This document shows, piece after piece, positions 30,086 through 39,013 of a stretch of 64,000 bases of DNA. The translations under genes and the position numbers were made by a program. The stretch is from Candidatus Woesebacteria bacterium GW2011_GWA1_39_21 (lineage in GTDB: Bacteria; Patescibacteriota; Microgenomatia; UBA8517), in the NCBI GenBank assembly GCA_000993685.1, contig LBWP01000002.1, forward strand, positions 7,993 through 71,992. The letters are read 5' to 3'. The notes beneath the pieces were generated by a model, which did not search any database, was not told the origin of the DNA, and was given only the letters and a program-made list of their open reading frames with translations. Position 1 is the stretch's first letter, and every line of letters begins with the position of its first letter.

Positions 30086-32227
30086 ATGAAAAAAACAAAA
30101 CAAGTTATCAAAGCTAATGGTAATTTTCAGGAATTCGACACTGAAAAAATTTACAAAAGTATTTGGTTGGCTGCGCAAAATGTCGGTGGAAAGGATGATA
30201 AAACTGCGGTATTGCTTAAAAATGAAGTCGTTGCTGTACTCACAGAGAAATATCCAAATGGGGAGTACATCAAAACTTCGGAGATTGGCGAGATTGTCGA
30301 AAAGGTTCTGATTGAACACGGACATGCAAAAACAGCAAAAGAATTCATCCGCTTTCGGGAAAATAAAAAGCACTATCGTCAGGACAAAGAAAGCCTTGGG
30401 ATTAAAGACGATATCGGTTTGGGTTACAACACGCTGTATATTTTAAAGGAACGTTACCTTAAAAGAGACGAAAAGGGAAAGATTATTGAGACACCAAAGG
30501 GAATGTTTAAGCGGGTGGCAAAGTTTTTGGCAAGTGTTGAAAAGACAAAAGCACTTCGTGATAAATGGTATGAAAAATTTTATGACGTCATGGTTAAATT
30601 TGAGTTTCAACCGGGAACTAGACCGCTGGCCAACGCTGGAAAAAAAGAAGCACAACTTGGAAATTGTTTTGTCTGGCCGCTGAATGATGACATCAATCAT
30701 ATCTTTAAAATCCTGCACGAGTCGACTCTGATTAAAAAGCACGGTGGGGGGTGTGGTTATAACTTTTCCAATTTACGACCCGAGGGAGATGCTGTCGGTG
30801 GGATTCCAGATCTTGCGGCGGGCCCGGTCAAAATAATTGAAATGTTTGATTTAATGACCTCGCTTTTCAGACAAGAGGGAAAATACGAAAGCGGAAACAT
30901 GGCTGTTTTAAATGCCAACCACGCAGACATCTTTAATTTTATTTCCGCAAAACAAACTGACGGACATCTCTCAAAAACGAACATTTCTGTCGGTATTACG
31001 GATGAATTCATGAACGCAGCCCTTGAGGGAAAAGATTGGAAACTGATTAACCCAAGAAACGGTGAGGTGGTTAATGTTGTTAAGGCAAAATCGGTTCTTG
31101 AACTGATGGCGGCGATGGCCTGGCAAACCGGTGACCCGGGAATTCTTAATCTTTCTGCGATTAACAAGGGAAACCAATTTGGAAATCCGCTTTTGAAAAA
31201 GTGCGGACCGATAATGTCAACAAATGTTTGTGGAGAAATTCCACAGTACCCATACGAGTCCTGCAATTTGGGTTACGTCAACTTTACCAAATTTATAAAA
31301 GGTAAATCGTTTGATTTTGCGCATTTAAAAGAGGTGGTGGCAATTGCAGTCAGGTTGATGGACAACGTCATTTCCGCATCGTGGTTTCCAGTTCCCGAGG
31401 TTACAAAATCAGTGCAAGACCATCGAAGAATTGGAATTGGCTGTGTTGGTTGGGCGGAAACTTTAGCGAGGCTTGAAATTCCCTATGACAGTGAAGAAGC
31501 TTATGAGCTGGCGGAAAAAGTTACAAGGGCGATGTATCAATCCGCTTTTGTAACATCGGCCAAACTTGCCAAAGAAAAGGGGCCTTTTCCCCTTATATCT
31601 GATTCGATTTGGGCAAATAAAAAAGATAAACCACGAAACGTTGCGCTTTTGACTTTTCCGCCGTCTAGTGGAAATGCTGTCATTGCCGAAACAACTTTTG
31701 GTATTGAACCATACTTTGCTTTGGCCTATGAGCAAAATGTTCTTGGGGGAATGAGGCTTCGGACAATCATTCCGTATTTTGTCGAGAAATTAAAGGAAAG
31801 AGGAATTTATTCAGAAGAGCTAGTTCAAAAAGTTATCGACAATCATGGAAGTATTCAGGCACTTTCCGAAATCCCAGCCGATTTAAAAAAGATCTTCAAA
31901 GTTGCTCACGATATCCGGTGGCGGGATCATATCAAAATGCAGGCGGCTTTCCAAAAATGGACCGATAACGCAATCACAAAAACGATCAACATGCCCTCAA
32001 GTGCGACTCCAAACGATATTGAAGAAGCATACACTTTGGCTTGGAAATTGGGGTGCAAGGGACTGACGGTTTACCGTGATCGAACGAAAAAAGATCAGGT
32101 CTTTGAATTTGGAAAATCGGAGAATGACGTCATTTCTGTCAAGTGTCCCAATTGTGAAGCGCTGCTTACTAAGGAAAGAAAATGCTACAAATGTAAGAAG
32201 TGTGGATATTCGACGTGTGAAATTTGA
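30086..32227 (+). CDS. nrdJ: Class II ribonucleotide reductase, paralog 3, with ATP-cone
   Basis: ATP-cone VIKANG..FD..KI, GNCFV, TNVCGE, ESCNL, GIEP, C-terminal CPNC..CKKCGYSTC. Confidence 0.9.
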   Translation: MKKTKQVIKANGNFQEFDTEKIYKSIWLAAQNVGGKDDKTAVLLKNEVVAVLTEKYPNGEYIKTSEIGEIVEKVLIEHGHAKTAKEFIRFRENKKHYRQDKESLGIKDDIGLGYNTLYILKERYLKRDEKGKIIETPKGMFKRVAKFLASVEKTKALRDKWYEKFYDVMVKFEFQPGTRPLANAGKKEAQLGNCFVWPLNDDINHIFKILHESTLIKKHGGGCGYNFSNLRPEGDAVGGIPDLAAGPVKIIEMFDLMTSLFRQEGKYESGNMAVLNANHADIFNFISAKQTDGHLSKTNISVGITDEFMNAALEGKDWKLINPRNGEVVNVVKAKSVLELMAAMAWQTGDPGILNLSAINKGNQFGNPLLKKCGPIMSTNVCGEIPQYPYESCNLGYVNFTKFIKGKSFDFAHLKEVVAIAVRLMDNVISASWFPVPEVTKSVQDHRRIGIGCVGWAETLARLEIPYDSEEAYELAEKVTRAMYQSAFVTSAKLAKEKGPFPLISDSIWANKKDKPRNVALLTFPPSSGNAVIAETTFGIEPYFALAYEQNVLGGMRLRTIIPYFVEKLKERGIYSEELVQKVIDNHGSIQALSEIPADLKKIFKVAHDIRWRDHIKMQAAFQKWTDNAITKTINMPSSATPNDIEEAYTLAWKLGCKGLTVYRDRTKKDQVFEFGKSENDVISVKCPNCEALLTKERKCYKCKKCGYSTCEI

Positions 32228-32265
32228 ATTGATAAAGTTTCTACTCCCCCATATACTTCAAGAAA

Positions 32266-32802
32266 ATGACAATCTACACGAAAAAGGGCGATAAGGGTAA
32301 GACAGGACTATTTAAGAAGGTTAACGGTAAATCGGTGCGTGTTTCAAAATCTTCTTGTAACACCCGAGCAATTGGCGCGATTGACGAGGTTGACAGTTTT
32401 ATCGGTGTTGTCATTTCGCTCTCGCACGATGAGTATCTGAAGGAGAGGTTGCATCAAGTTCAAAACAATTTATTAACAACCGGTTCAATTCTCGCCGGTT
32501 CTGATTTAAAAATTCAACCGAGCGAAACAAAAAAGCTCGAAAAAGAAATCGACGAATGCGATAAATTTCTTCCCGCACTAACCAATTTTATTTTTCCGGG
32601 AGGGAGTCCGATCGCAGCTTATTTACAATACGCAAGAACACTGGCAAGAAAAGCGGAGCGGGAAGTGGTTGCGCTAAATGAAGAAACTCGCATATCGGCT
32701 TCAATATTAAAATATATCAACCGTCTTTCGGACTATCTTTTTACCCTGGCAAGAGTGGAGAATTTTAAATTGAAAGTCAAAGACGAAGTCTGGAAGAAAT
32801 AG
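32266..32802 (+). CDS. pduO: PduO-type ATP:cob(I)alamin adenosyltransferase
   Basis: IYTKKGDKGKTGL, GAIDE, FIFPGG, ARTLARKAER, YINRLSDYLF. Confidence 0.93.
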   Translation: MTIYTKKGDKGKTGLFKKVNGKSVRVSKSSCNTRAIGAIDEVDSFIGVVISLSHDEYLKERLHQVQNNLLTTGSILAGSDLKIQPSETKKLEKEIDECDKFLPALTNFIFPGGSPIAAYLQYARTLARKAEREVVALNEETRISASILKYINRLSDYLFTLARVENFKLKVKDEVWKK

Positions 32803-32851
32803 ATTAAGATTTGCACTCCGATTCAATTTTAGTAGTATATAATGGATTTAT

Positions 32852-33208
32852 ATGCCTGATGTGGAAAGAGAAAATGTTACTTCTGTACAGCCGTTGGTGA
32901 AAGAACGTCCGACAGACATGGAAATTCCACCGGAGTTGGAGCGTGGAGGAGTAGCTCAGGCGGTACCAAGTCAATTTAAAGGCCAGGTTAACGACGATTT
33001 CGGGAAACCCCTAATTCAGACACCACCAGCTTCGGCGGTAACAATTCAGGTTCCGGCTTCACAACAACAATTGGAAGGCTGGTCAAAAGGCGATCCTGAA
33101 AACGCTCTGACTTGGTTTGCGGTTTTTTGGATTCGATTGATTAAAAAGGCACTTCATTTTAGTTGGCGAATGGTTAAAAAAATTACAGGAGGTGAGCCAA
33201 ATGTATAG
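32852..33208 (+). CDS. Conserved hypothetical protein
   Basis: KGDPENALTWFAVFWIRLIK C-terminal motif; TATAAT 8 nt upstream. Confidence 0.7.
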   Translation: MPDVERENVTSVQPLVKERPTDMEIPPELERGGVAQAVPSQFKGQVNDDFGKPLIQTPPASAVTIQVPASQQQLEGWSKGDPENALTWFAVFWIRLIKKALHFSWRMVKKITGGEPNV

Positions 33209-35525
33209 TGAAGTCGAGGTTGCGATGATATTGTTACTAGTATTCTCTCTTTTTATTTTTGTTGTGGCTGTTGCAGTATTTTTTATTGTTACTCAAATTA
33301 AACACAGAAATCGTGAGGAGGAATCGATTGACTCAGTACTACTGCAAGTTGCAGTTCACAAAAATAACGAAATAAAAATTGATGCGATGGAACAGCTTTT
33401 TTCGGCTTTGTATTCAATCAAGGGGGGTGGTTGGAAGCAAAAATACAAAACACAACCGATATTGTCGTTTGAAATTGTTGCAAAAAAAGAGGACATCAGA
33501 TTTTACGTCTGGACGCCGAAGAAGTTTAAGGACATGATCGAAAAACAAATTCACGGTGCATACCCTGACGCAGAGGTAATAGAAGTTCAGGAATATAACA
33601 TTTTTACAGAAGAGGGGAAGGTTGCCTACAAATGCCTGCAATTGGCACGGGACAATTTTTATCCGATTAAGACTTTTAAGGAGTTGCCAACAGATCCTAT
33701 GTCGGTTATTACTTCAGCACTTGCCAAGATGGGAGATGGTGAAGCGGCAGCAATCCAGATTTTGATTTCTCCTGCTGATAGCACCTGGAGCAAACAGGGA
33801 ACGTCTTTCATCTCCGCTACCAAAAAGCAGGAAGCTGATCCGGAAAAGGCAAAGTTTTCCGTTCCGGCAAAAACACTGGAAGCGGTGGAAAATAAAGTTA
33901 CCAAATCGGGCTTTGATACGTCAGTTCGAATTGTCGTTGTGTCGAAAGATAAAGAATCGGCAAAATCGCATCTTTCGAACATTTCCAGTTCTTTCGCCCA
34001 GTTTAATGGAGATCTTAACTATCTCAAAAGCCGCGTGATCCGACAGAAGGGTGCATTTATTGAGGATTTTATTTACAGGTACCATCCAATGTTCCACGTC
34101 TTCGGCAATAAAAAATCAATTCTGAGTGTTGAGGAATTGGCGTCAATTTATCATTTTCCTAATAAAGCTATTACCACACCGCACATTAAATGGGTTTATT
34201 CGAAAACAGCTCCGGCACCTTCCGCAATTCCCGAATCCGGTATCTATTTGGGAGTAAGTTCTTATCAGGGAACAAAACGTCCAGTCTACATTTCTGATGA
34301 GGATCGGATGCGCCACATGTACATTGTCGGAAAAACCGGTGTCGGGAAGTCGGAGTTTTTAAAAGACCTAGTAATTCAAGATATTAGAAACGGTCAAGGA
34401 GTTTGTTTTATTGATCCGCACGGTGATGCGGTGGAAGATTTGTTGAACCTTATTCCTCCCGAGCGGGCAGAGGACGTAATTTACTTTAATCCTTCGGATT
34501 CCGAGCGGCCGATAGGACTTAACTTATTGGAAGCCAATACGGAAGATCAAAAACATTTTGCAGCCACAGCTGTGATTAATATGATGTACAAGCTTTTTGA
34601 TCCTTACAAAACGGGTATTGTCGGCCCACGTTTCGAACACGCTGTCAGAAATGCAATGCTTACGGCAATGAGTGATGAAGGTTCGACTTTTGTTGAAGTG
34701 ATGCGAATTTTAACCGACTCGCGTTATGTGCAAGAACTTCTTCCAAAAGTTACCGACCCGATAGTGAGGCGGTATTGGACAGATCAAATTGCACAGACCT
34801 CCGACTTTCATAAATCCGAAGTTTTGGATTACATCACCTCAAAATTCGGGCGCTTTGTCACAAACAGAATGATTAGAAATATTATCGGCCAATCTGAATC
34901 GTCTTTCTCGTTGCGTAGAGTTATGGACGAAGGGAAAATTCTATTTATTAATTTATCAAAGGGAACAATCGGTGAGGAAAACTCCAGCTTTTTGGGGCTC
35001 ATTTTGGTTCCAAGAATACTAATGGCGGCGATGAGTAGGACTGATGTTCCAAAGGAACAAAGACGCCCTTTTTATCTTTATGTTGACGAGTTTCAGAATT
35101 TTGCCACGCCGGACTTCGCAGTAATTTTATCCGAGGCGAGAAAATATGCACTGGCACTTTGTGTGGCGAATCAGTTTATCGGGCAAGTTGAGGAAGAAGT
35201 CAAAAATGCGGTTTTTGGTAACGTTGGAACAATTGTTTCTTTCCGAATTGGAACCACCGATGCTAATTATCTGCAGCACGAATTCGCTCCGGTTTTTGCT
35301 GAGGACGACCTATTAAATATCGAGAAATATCACGTCTACATTAAAACGACCGTCAACAACGAACCTGTACCTCCATTTTCAATGGACTTATTCCGTGATA
35401 TGGACAAGTTGAAGGCGATGGAAAATCCTAAAGTTGCCGGAATCATCAAAGAAATGAGCCGTCTTAACTACGGGCGTGACTTAAAACTGGTCGAGGCAGA
35501 AATCGCGCGAAGAGCAAAACTGTAA
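33201..35525 (+). CDS. VirD4/TraG/HerA-like (DUF87) P-loop ATPase
   Basis: RHMYIVGKTGVGKS, IDPHGD, LYVDEFQNF, LSEARKY, ANQ; RBS GGAGGTGA before ATG 33201. Confidence 0.88.
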   Translation: MYSEVEVAMILLLVFSLFIFVVAVAVFFIVTQIKHRNREEESIDSVLLQVAVHKNNEIKIDAMEQLFSALYSIKGGGWKQKYKTQPILSFEIVAKKEDIRFYVWTPKKFKDMIEKQIHGAYPDAEVIEVQEYNIFTEEGKVAYKCLQLARDNFYPIKTFKELPTDPMSVITSALAKMGDGEAAAIQILISPADSTWSKQGTSFISATKKQEADPEKAKFSVPAKTLEAVENKVTKSGFDTSVRIVVVSKDKESAKSHLSNISSSFAQFNGDLNYLKSRVIRQKGAFIEDFIYRYHPMFHVFGNKKSILSVEELASIYHFPNKAITTPHIKWVYSKTAPAPSAIPESGIYLGVSSYQGTKRPVYISDEDRMRHMYIVGKTGVGKSEFLKDLVIQDIRNGQGVCFIDPHGDAVEDLLNLIPPERAEDVIYFNPSDSERPIGLNLLEANTEDQKHFAATAVINMMYKLFDPYKTGIVGPRFEHAVRNAMLTAMSDEGSTFVEVMRILTDSRYVQELLPKVTDPIVRRYWTDQIAQTSDFHKSEVLDYITSKFGRFVTNRMIRNIIGQSESSFSLRRVMDEGKILFINLSKGTIGEENSSFLGLILVPRILMAAMSRTDVPKEQRRPFYLYVDEFQNFATPDFAVILSEARKYALALCVANQFIGQVEEEVKNAVFGNVGTIVSFRIGTTDANYLQHEFAPVFAEDDLLNIEKYHVYIKTTVNNEPVPPFSMDLFRDMDKLKAMENPKVAGIIKEMSRLNYGRDLKLVEAEIARRAKL

Positions 35526-35603
35526 TAGTTTTGTTTAAAAGACGGGTGGATACTTCGTGGAGAATGGGAAATTAGTTAGCTTCTTGGTATAATTACCTCA
35601 CTT

Positions 35604-35679
35604 GGCCTGGTAACTCAGTGGTTAGAGTGCCATTCTTATAAAATGGAAGTCGATGGTTCGAACCCATCCCAGGCCACCA
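35604..35679 (+). tRNA. tRNA-Ile(UAU)
   Basis: Full cloverleaf GGCCTGG/CCAGGCC, D ACTC/GAGT, anticodon stem CCATT/AATGG with loop CT-TAT-AA, T arm GATGG-TTCGAAC-CCATC, A73, CCA; TGGTATAAT promoter upstream. Confidence 0.92.
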
Positions 35680-35709
35680 ATATTCTTACATGTCAAAACG
35701 AGGTTTTGT

Positions 35710-35752
35710 CATAAAGTCGATGTACTTGGTTCGACTCCAAGCGGCTCCACCA
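35710..35752 (+). pseudogene. Orphan tRNA 3' half starting at a CAU anticodon
   Basis: CAT-AA-AGTCG-ATGTA-CTTGG-TTCGACT-CCAAG-CGGCTCC-A-CCA; no matching 5' half seen. Confidence 0.8.
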
Positions 35753-36022
35753 AATTTTGATATGTCGAAGCTCTGCTTCGTCATAAAATCGAATTGGTCG
35801 TATCTATATAATCTTCAAGAAATATATAATGATTTAGTATTACCACCGATCGGATTTTTATTTTTTTGTAATATGGTTGGCATTTTGGGGAGTTTATAAT
35901 TTCTTTCTCTTGCCTAAAAAAATCTCTACAGAAAAATCACCTCGACTTTTGTCATTGACTTTTTATCTCTCACCCTAATTGACTTTTGTCTGTCTCGATT
36001 AATTTACACCAGAGAAGTTTCC

Positions 36023-36394
36023 TTGTTTGTTGTTTTGGTTTGTTTGATTGTACCGCTAGTATTTGTATATAAAAATAAAATATTTGCAAGGCTTGCAAAC
36101 TCAGTTTTTCAAGTAACGTGGATTTATTTTATAGCGAACTTTTTGGAGAACAAAAGTTTGATAATTGTATTATTTGTACTTGCGCACTTGCCAATATTAT
36201 TAGTAAAACACCTGGTAATGTTTTCGAAGTTATCAATATTAATCCTTTCTGTTTTTTATGGAATTGTGCTTATGTTATTGTTTACCAATTTTGATTTTCC
36301 CACAAATATTTTAATGGGAATAGCAATACATTTTTTAGGCTATTTGCTTTTTAGACCAATTGATCAAAGATTCAAGTTCAAAATTATCAACTGA
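36023..36394 (+). CDS. Membrane protein, probably the 3' part of a frameshifted gene starting near 35850
   Basis: Hydrophobic ORF; upstream hydrophobic coding-like frames joined across T-runs. Confidence 0.45.
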   Translation: MFVVLVCLIVPLVFVYKNKIFARLANSVFQVTWIYFIANFLENKSLIIVLFVLAHLPILLVKHLVMFSKLSILILSVFYGIVLMLLFTNFDFPTNILMGIAIHFLGYLLFRPIDQRFKFKIIN

Positions 36395-36435
36395 TAAGAG
36401 GAGTTTGAGGAATTTATAATTTTGTTGATTGTCGA

Positions 36436-37299
36436 TTAAAGTTCAACCAGTTCTTGTTTTTTTCCGGGTTGGGTTATCTCTGCGAGTGTGAGGTAGCGCT
36501 CAGTTGTAGAAAGCCTCTTGTGCCCTGATACTTGTGAGAGAAAGACAAGATCGACACCGGTTTTGAGGTTTTGGACAACGAAAGTTGTTCTTAAATCGTT
36601 AACAGTGTAACCTGGAATTTCTGCTTTCTGAAAGTATCTGTCGATTGCTGCTCTGATATTCCTTATTGCCAGCGGTTTTCCATTTTTGCTCACGAAAATA
36701 TATGGAGAATCTGACTTTGGCCGTTCATTAAGATATTTTTCCAACGTTAGTTTGGCTGACGAATTTAAGGGAATATCTCTTGATGCTTGAGTCGCATATG
36801 CATCAACGTGGACGGTTGCGTTTTTGATGTTTTCTTTCTTAAGCGCGGCAACTTCAGATATCCGTAGCCCGGTTTGGAGAATTAATTCTACGATTGCTGC
36901 AACTCTTGTGTCGTTTCTGACAACGTCGCGCAGAGCACGGTACTCAATTGCTGAAAGAAATTTTGGTGTTGAAGCTTCGATTTTGGGGTGGGAAACTGGG
37001 GAAGAGGGATCGCGTGAGGTGATTTTCTCATCCATGAGAAATCTGAAAAAGGTTTTAACGGCATTCAGTTTTCTTGAAACTGACTTTGGTGTATATTTTT
37101 GGGATAGCAGTTGATCACGAAAACCTTCAACATCGGTGGATTCGACAAGATCAGGCATCACTTTGTTCTTGCCGGTTAAATAGTCGACTAACTGTTCTAA
37201 ATCTGCTCTATAGGCTAGAATTGTTGAAGGCGATCTATTTTTATCTTTTAGGTTTTGGATAAATTTTGGCAGAAGATTTTTTAAGGTATCTTGTGGCAT
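36436..37299 (-). CDS. XerC/XerD-like tyrosine recombinase
   Basis: SPSTILAYRADL, TGLRISE, NDLRTT (HxxR variant), GH..STTERY. Confidence 0.88.
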   Translation of the reverse strand: MPQDTLKNLLPKFIQNLKDKNRSPSTILAYRADLEQLVDYLTGKNKVMPDLVESTDVEGFRDQLLSQKYTPKSVSRKLNAVKTFFRFLMDEKITSRDPSSPVSHPKIEASTPKFLSAIEYRALRDVVRNDTRVAAIVELILQTGLRISEVAALKKENIKNATVHVDAYATQASRDIPLNSSAKLTLEKYLNERPKSDSPYIFVSKNGKPLAIRNIRAAIDRYFQKAEIPGYTVNDLRTTFVVQNLKTGVDLVFLSQVSGHKRLSTTERYLTLAEITQPGKKQELVEL

Positions 37300-37496
37300 A
37301 GGTTAAAATATTGTTATATAGATTTTAATTTTCTGATCTTAAGAAAAATTAGCTATAGTCTACGCTTGTTGTTTGATTATATCTGTATTCTATAGGTTTA
37401 AAAAACATACCCAGGTTCAGTTTGGACAAAAACTGAAATTATTTGGGTATAATATTCGCAATATTAACACAACTTATAGTCTAAGGTCAATATATT

Positions 37497-37913
37497 ATGA
37501 GACATAACCGTTTAAGAAAGCAAGGGGAAAATACGAAGGAAAAGAGGACAAAAGACAGGCTAATGACATTTTTTTTAGTTATCTCGATAATTTTATTTGC
37601 GGGTTCAGTTACTCAGACGTCAAAAAAAATTGGAAAAGTAAATAAAGAGGTTAAGGATCGTGAGGAGCAACTTCGCAATCTTCAGAGCGAAGAAAAGAAG
37701 CTCGAAGAAAAATATCAAGAAGTCACAAGTAACGAATACATGGAAAAACAACTGCGCAACCAACTGAATTTGTCCAAAGAGAACGAGATTACACTGGTTC
37801 TCCCTGAAGACGAATTGTTGCGAAAACTGGTTCCAACGGATGATTTTGAGACGGAAGTGGATTTGACGCCAAATTATAAGAAATGGGCACGGGTCTTCGG
37901 TGTTGAGTTGTGA
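37497..37913 (+). CDS. FtsB/DivIC septum formation initiator
   Basis: TM + coiled coil + YMEKQLRNQLNLSKENE. Confidence 0.8.
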   Translation: MRHNRLRKQGENTKEKRTKDRLMTFFLVISIILFAGSVTQTSKKIGKVNKEVKDREEQLRNLQSEEKKLEEKYQEVTSNEYMEKQLRNQLNLSKENEITLVLPEDELLRKLVPTDDFETEVDLTPNYKKWARVFGVEL

Positions 37914-37916
37914 ATT

Positions 37917-38249
37917 TCAATCAGATTCGTTGGAATCGAAGAAGAAACCCTCTGGCGACAGCTCAAGACCGTTTGCTGTTTCTCTGTTTATTAGCAAACA
38001 TAAATTATTAATCTGCGATGGGCTATATCCTGTAATATCAGCTACCTTCTTACGGTCGAAACGTTTTCCCTCAGTGTTTTCAAACCAACTTGAATAGCAT
38101 CTGCAGAAAGCTTTCCATCTAGTCAGATCCGTTTCTTCCTTCGGCCAGTGAATTCTATACTCGTGCATTTTGTGGATTTTAACGAAGACTTTTGCTTTTG
38201 GATAGAGGACTTTTAAAAATAGACTTAAAAATGCGATTATGGCATGCAA
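37917..38249 (-). CDS. Hypothetical protein with possible HTH
   Basis: RKKVADITGYSPSQINN; start uncertain. Confidence 0.45.
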   Translation of the reverse strand: MHAIIAFLSLFLKVLYPKAKVFVKIHKMHEYRIHWPKEETDLTRWKAFCRCYSSWFENTEGKRFDRKKVADITGYSPSQINNLCLLINRETANGLELSPEGFFFDSNESD

Positions 38250-38296
38250 TGTTCGATCAAATTCCTTCTTGGTTAACGCTTAACCGTAAGTTTAAT

Positions 38297-38575
38297 TTAT
38301 TGTGTTGGAAACAGTCTCTGTCGTGAATGGTAGTATTTTCTGTCGCTCAACTCCCACAAAAGTCCATCAAGTAATCTTGAAGACTCGGGATTTGTATCAG
38401 TAAACGGATTTTTTTCAATGGGAAAAACCGGATTGTCCCTTAACATTTTCAACACCTTTTGTGCCTGAAAGATGGTATTAGTATATGTTGCTTTATCCAA
38501 TTTTTGCGTCTCGAATGCGTCTCCAATTAGATCATGTCTGACGGCTTTCTCTTTTCGTTCGTTGAAGCTGGACAT
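38297..38575 (-). CDS. Hypothetical protein
   Basis: ATG 7 nt after TATAAT; 92 aa. Confidence 0.55.
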   Translation of the reverse strand: MSSFNERKEKAVRHDLIGDAFETQKLDKATYTNTIFQAQKVLKMLRDNPVFPIEKNPFTDTNPESSRLLDGLLWELSDRKYYHSRQRLFPTQ

Positions 38576-38652
38576 GGCCGCAATTATAACATTGGATCAA
38601 AAGCAGAACAAATTATTGGAAAACATTGAAGCGTTATTATTTCCGTTTATTG

Positions 38653-38926
38653 TTGCGGGGTCAGGAGTTGGACCTGATCTGGAAGATTATGCACCTTCTT
38701 GTGTTACCACAAGGGTAGGACTATATCATCATCCCGGCTTTAATCGGGAGTTTGGCGTGTAGTCTCTACGGAGTCCAAAATAAAATATTTTAATTTTAAA
38801 AAGGTTCCCTCGGTATTGTCCTGACATAATCAGGGTGTCCACCGATATAGCCAAATTCTCATTTATAATTACTCATAAATGGGCCCATTTCTACTAGCCT
38901 TCCGTGCAGCCGTACACTACCCCGCA
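38653..38926 (-). tRNA. tRNA-Met(CAU), initiator-like acceptor, split by a group I intron
   Basis: 5' exon 38926-38896 (TGCGGGG..GAAGGCT) and 3' exon 38691-38653 (CATAATCTTC..CCCCGCA-A) join into a cloverleaf; no encoded CCA. Confidence 0.85.
38692..38895 (-). ncRNA. Group I intron (204 nt) between U33 and C34
   Basis: P1 with U-G at the 5' splice site (GGCT/GGCC); ATATCGGTGGA (P), CAATACCGAGGGAA (Q), CGTAGAGACTACACG (R), GATATAGTCC (S); terminal G. Confidence 0.9.
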
Positions 38927-39013
38927 TGTCAACGAACAAACCATATTATATTTACTTTATACTGTGAAAGCAACATGGAATTGTACCTGCGTGAATAGTA
39001 TAATATTACTTGA

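Noticed and set aside
35725-35752. tmRNA 3' end (CTCCACCA with U70)
   Set aside because: Upstream spacing fits anticodon, stem and variable loop of a tRNA; no tmRNA 5' end or tag frame
35690-35899. 69-aa ORF with repeated MSKxxFVIKS
   Set aside because: Shadow translation of the hairpin/tRNA-half repeats
38472-38762. 96-aa plus-strand ORF
   Set aside because: Antisense to the tRNA exon, intron and 38297 gene
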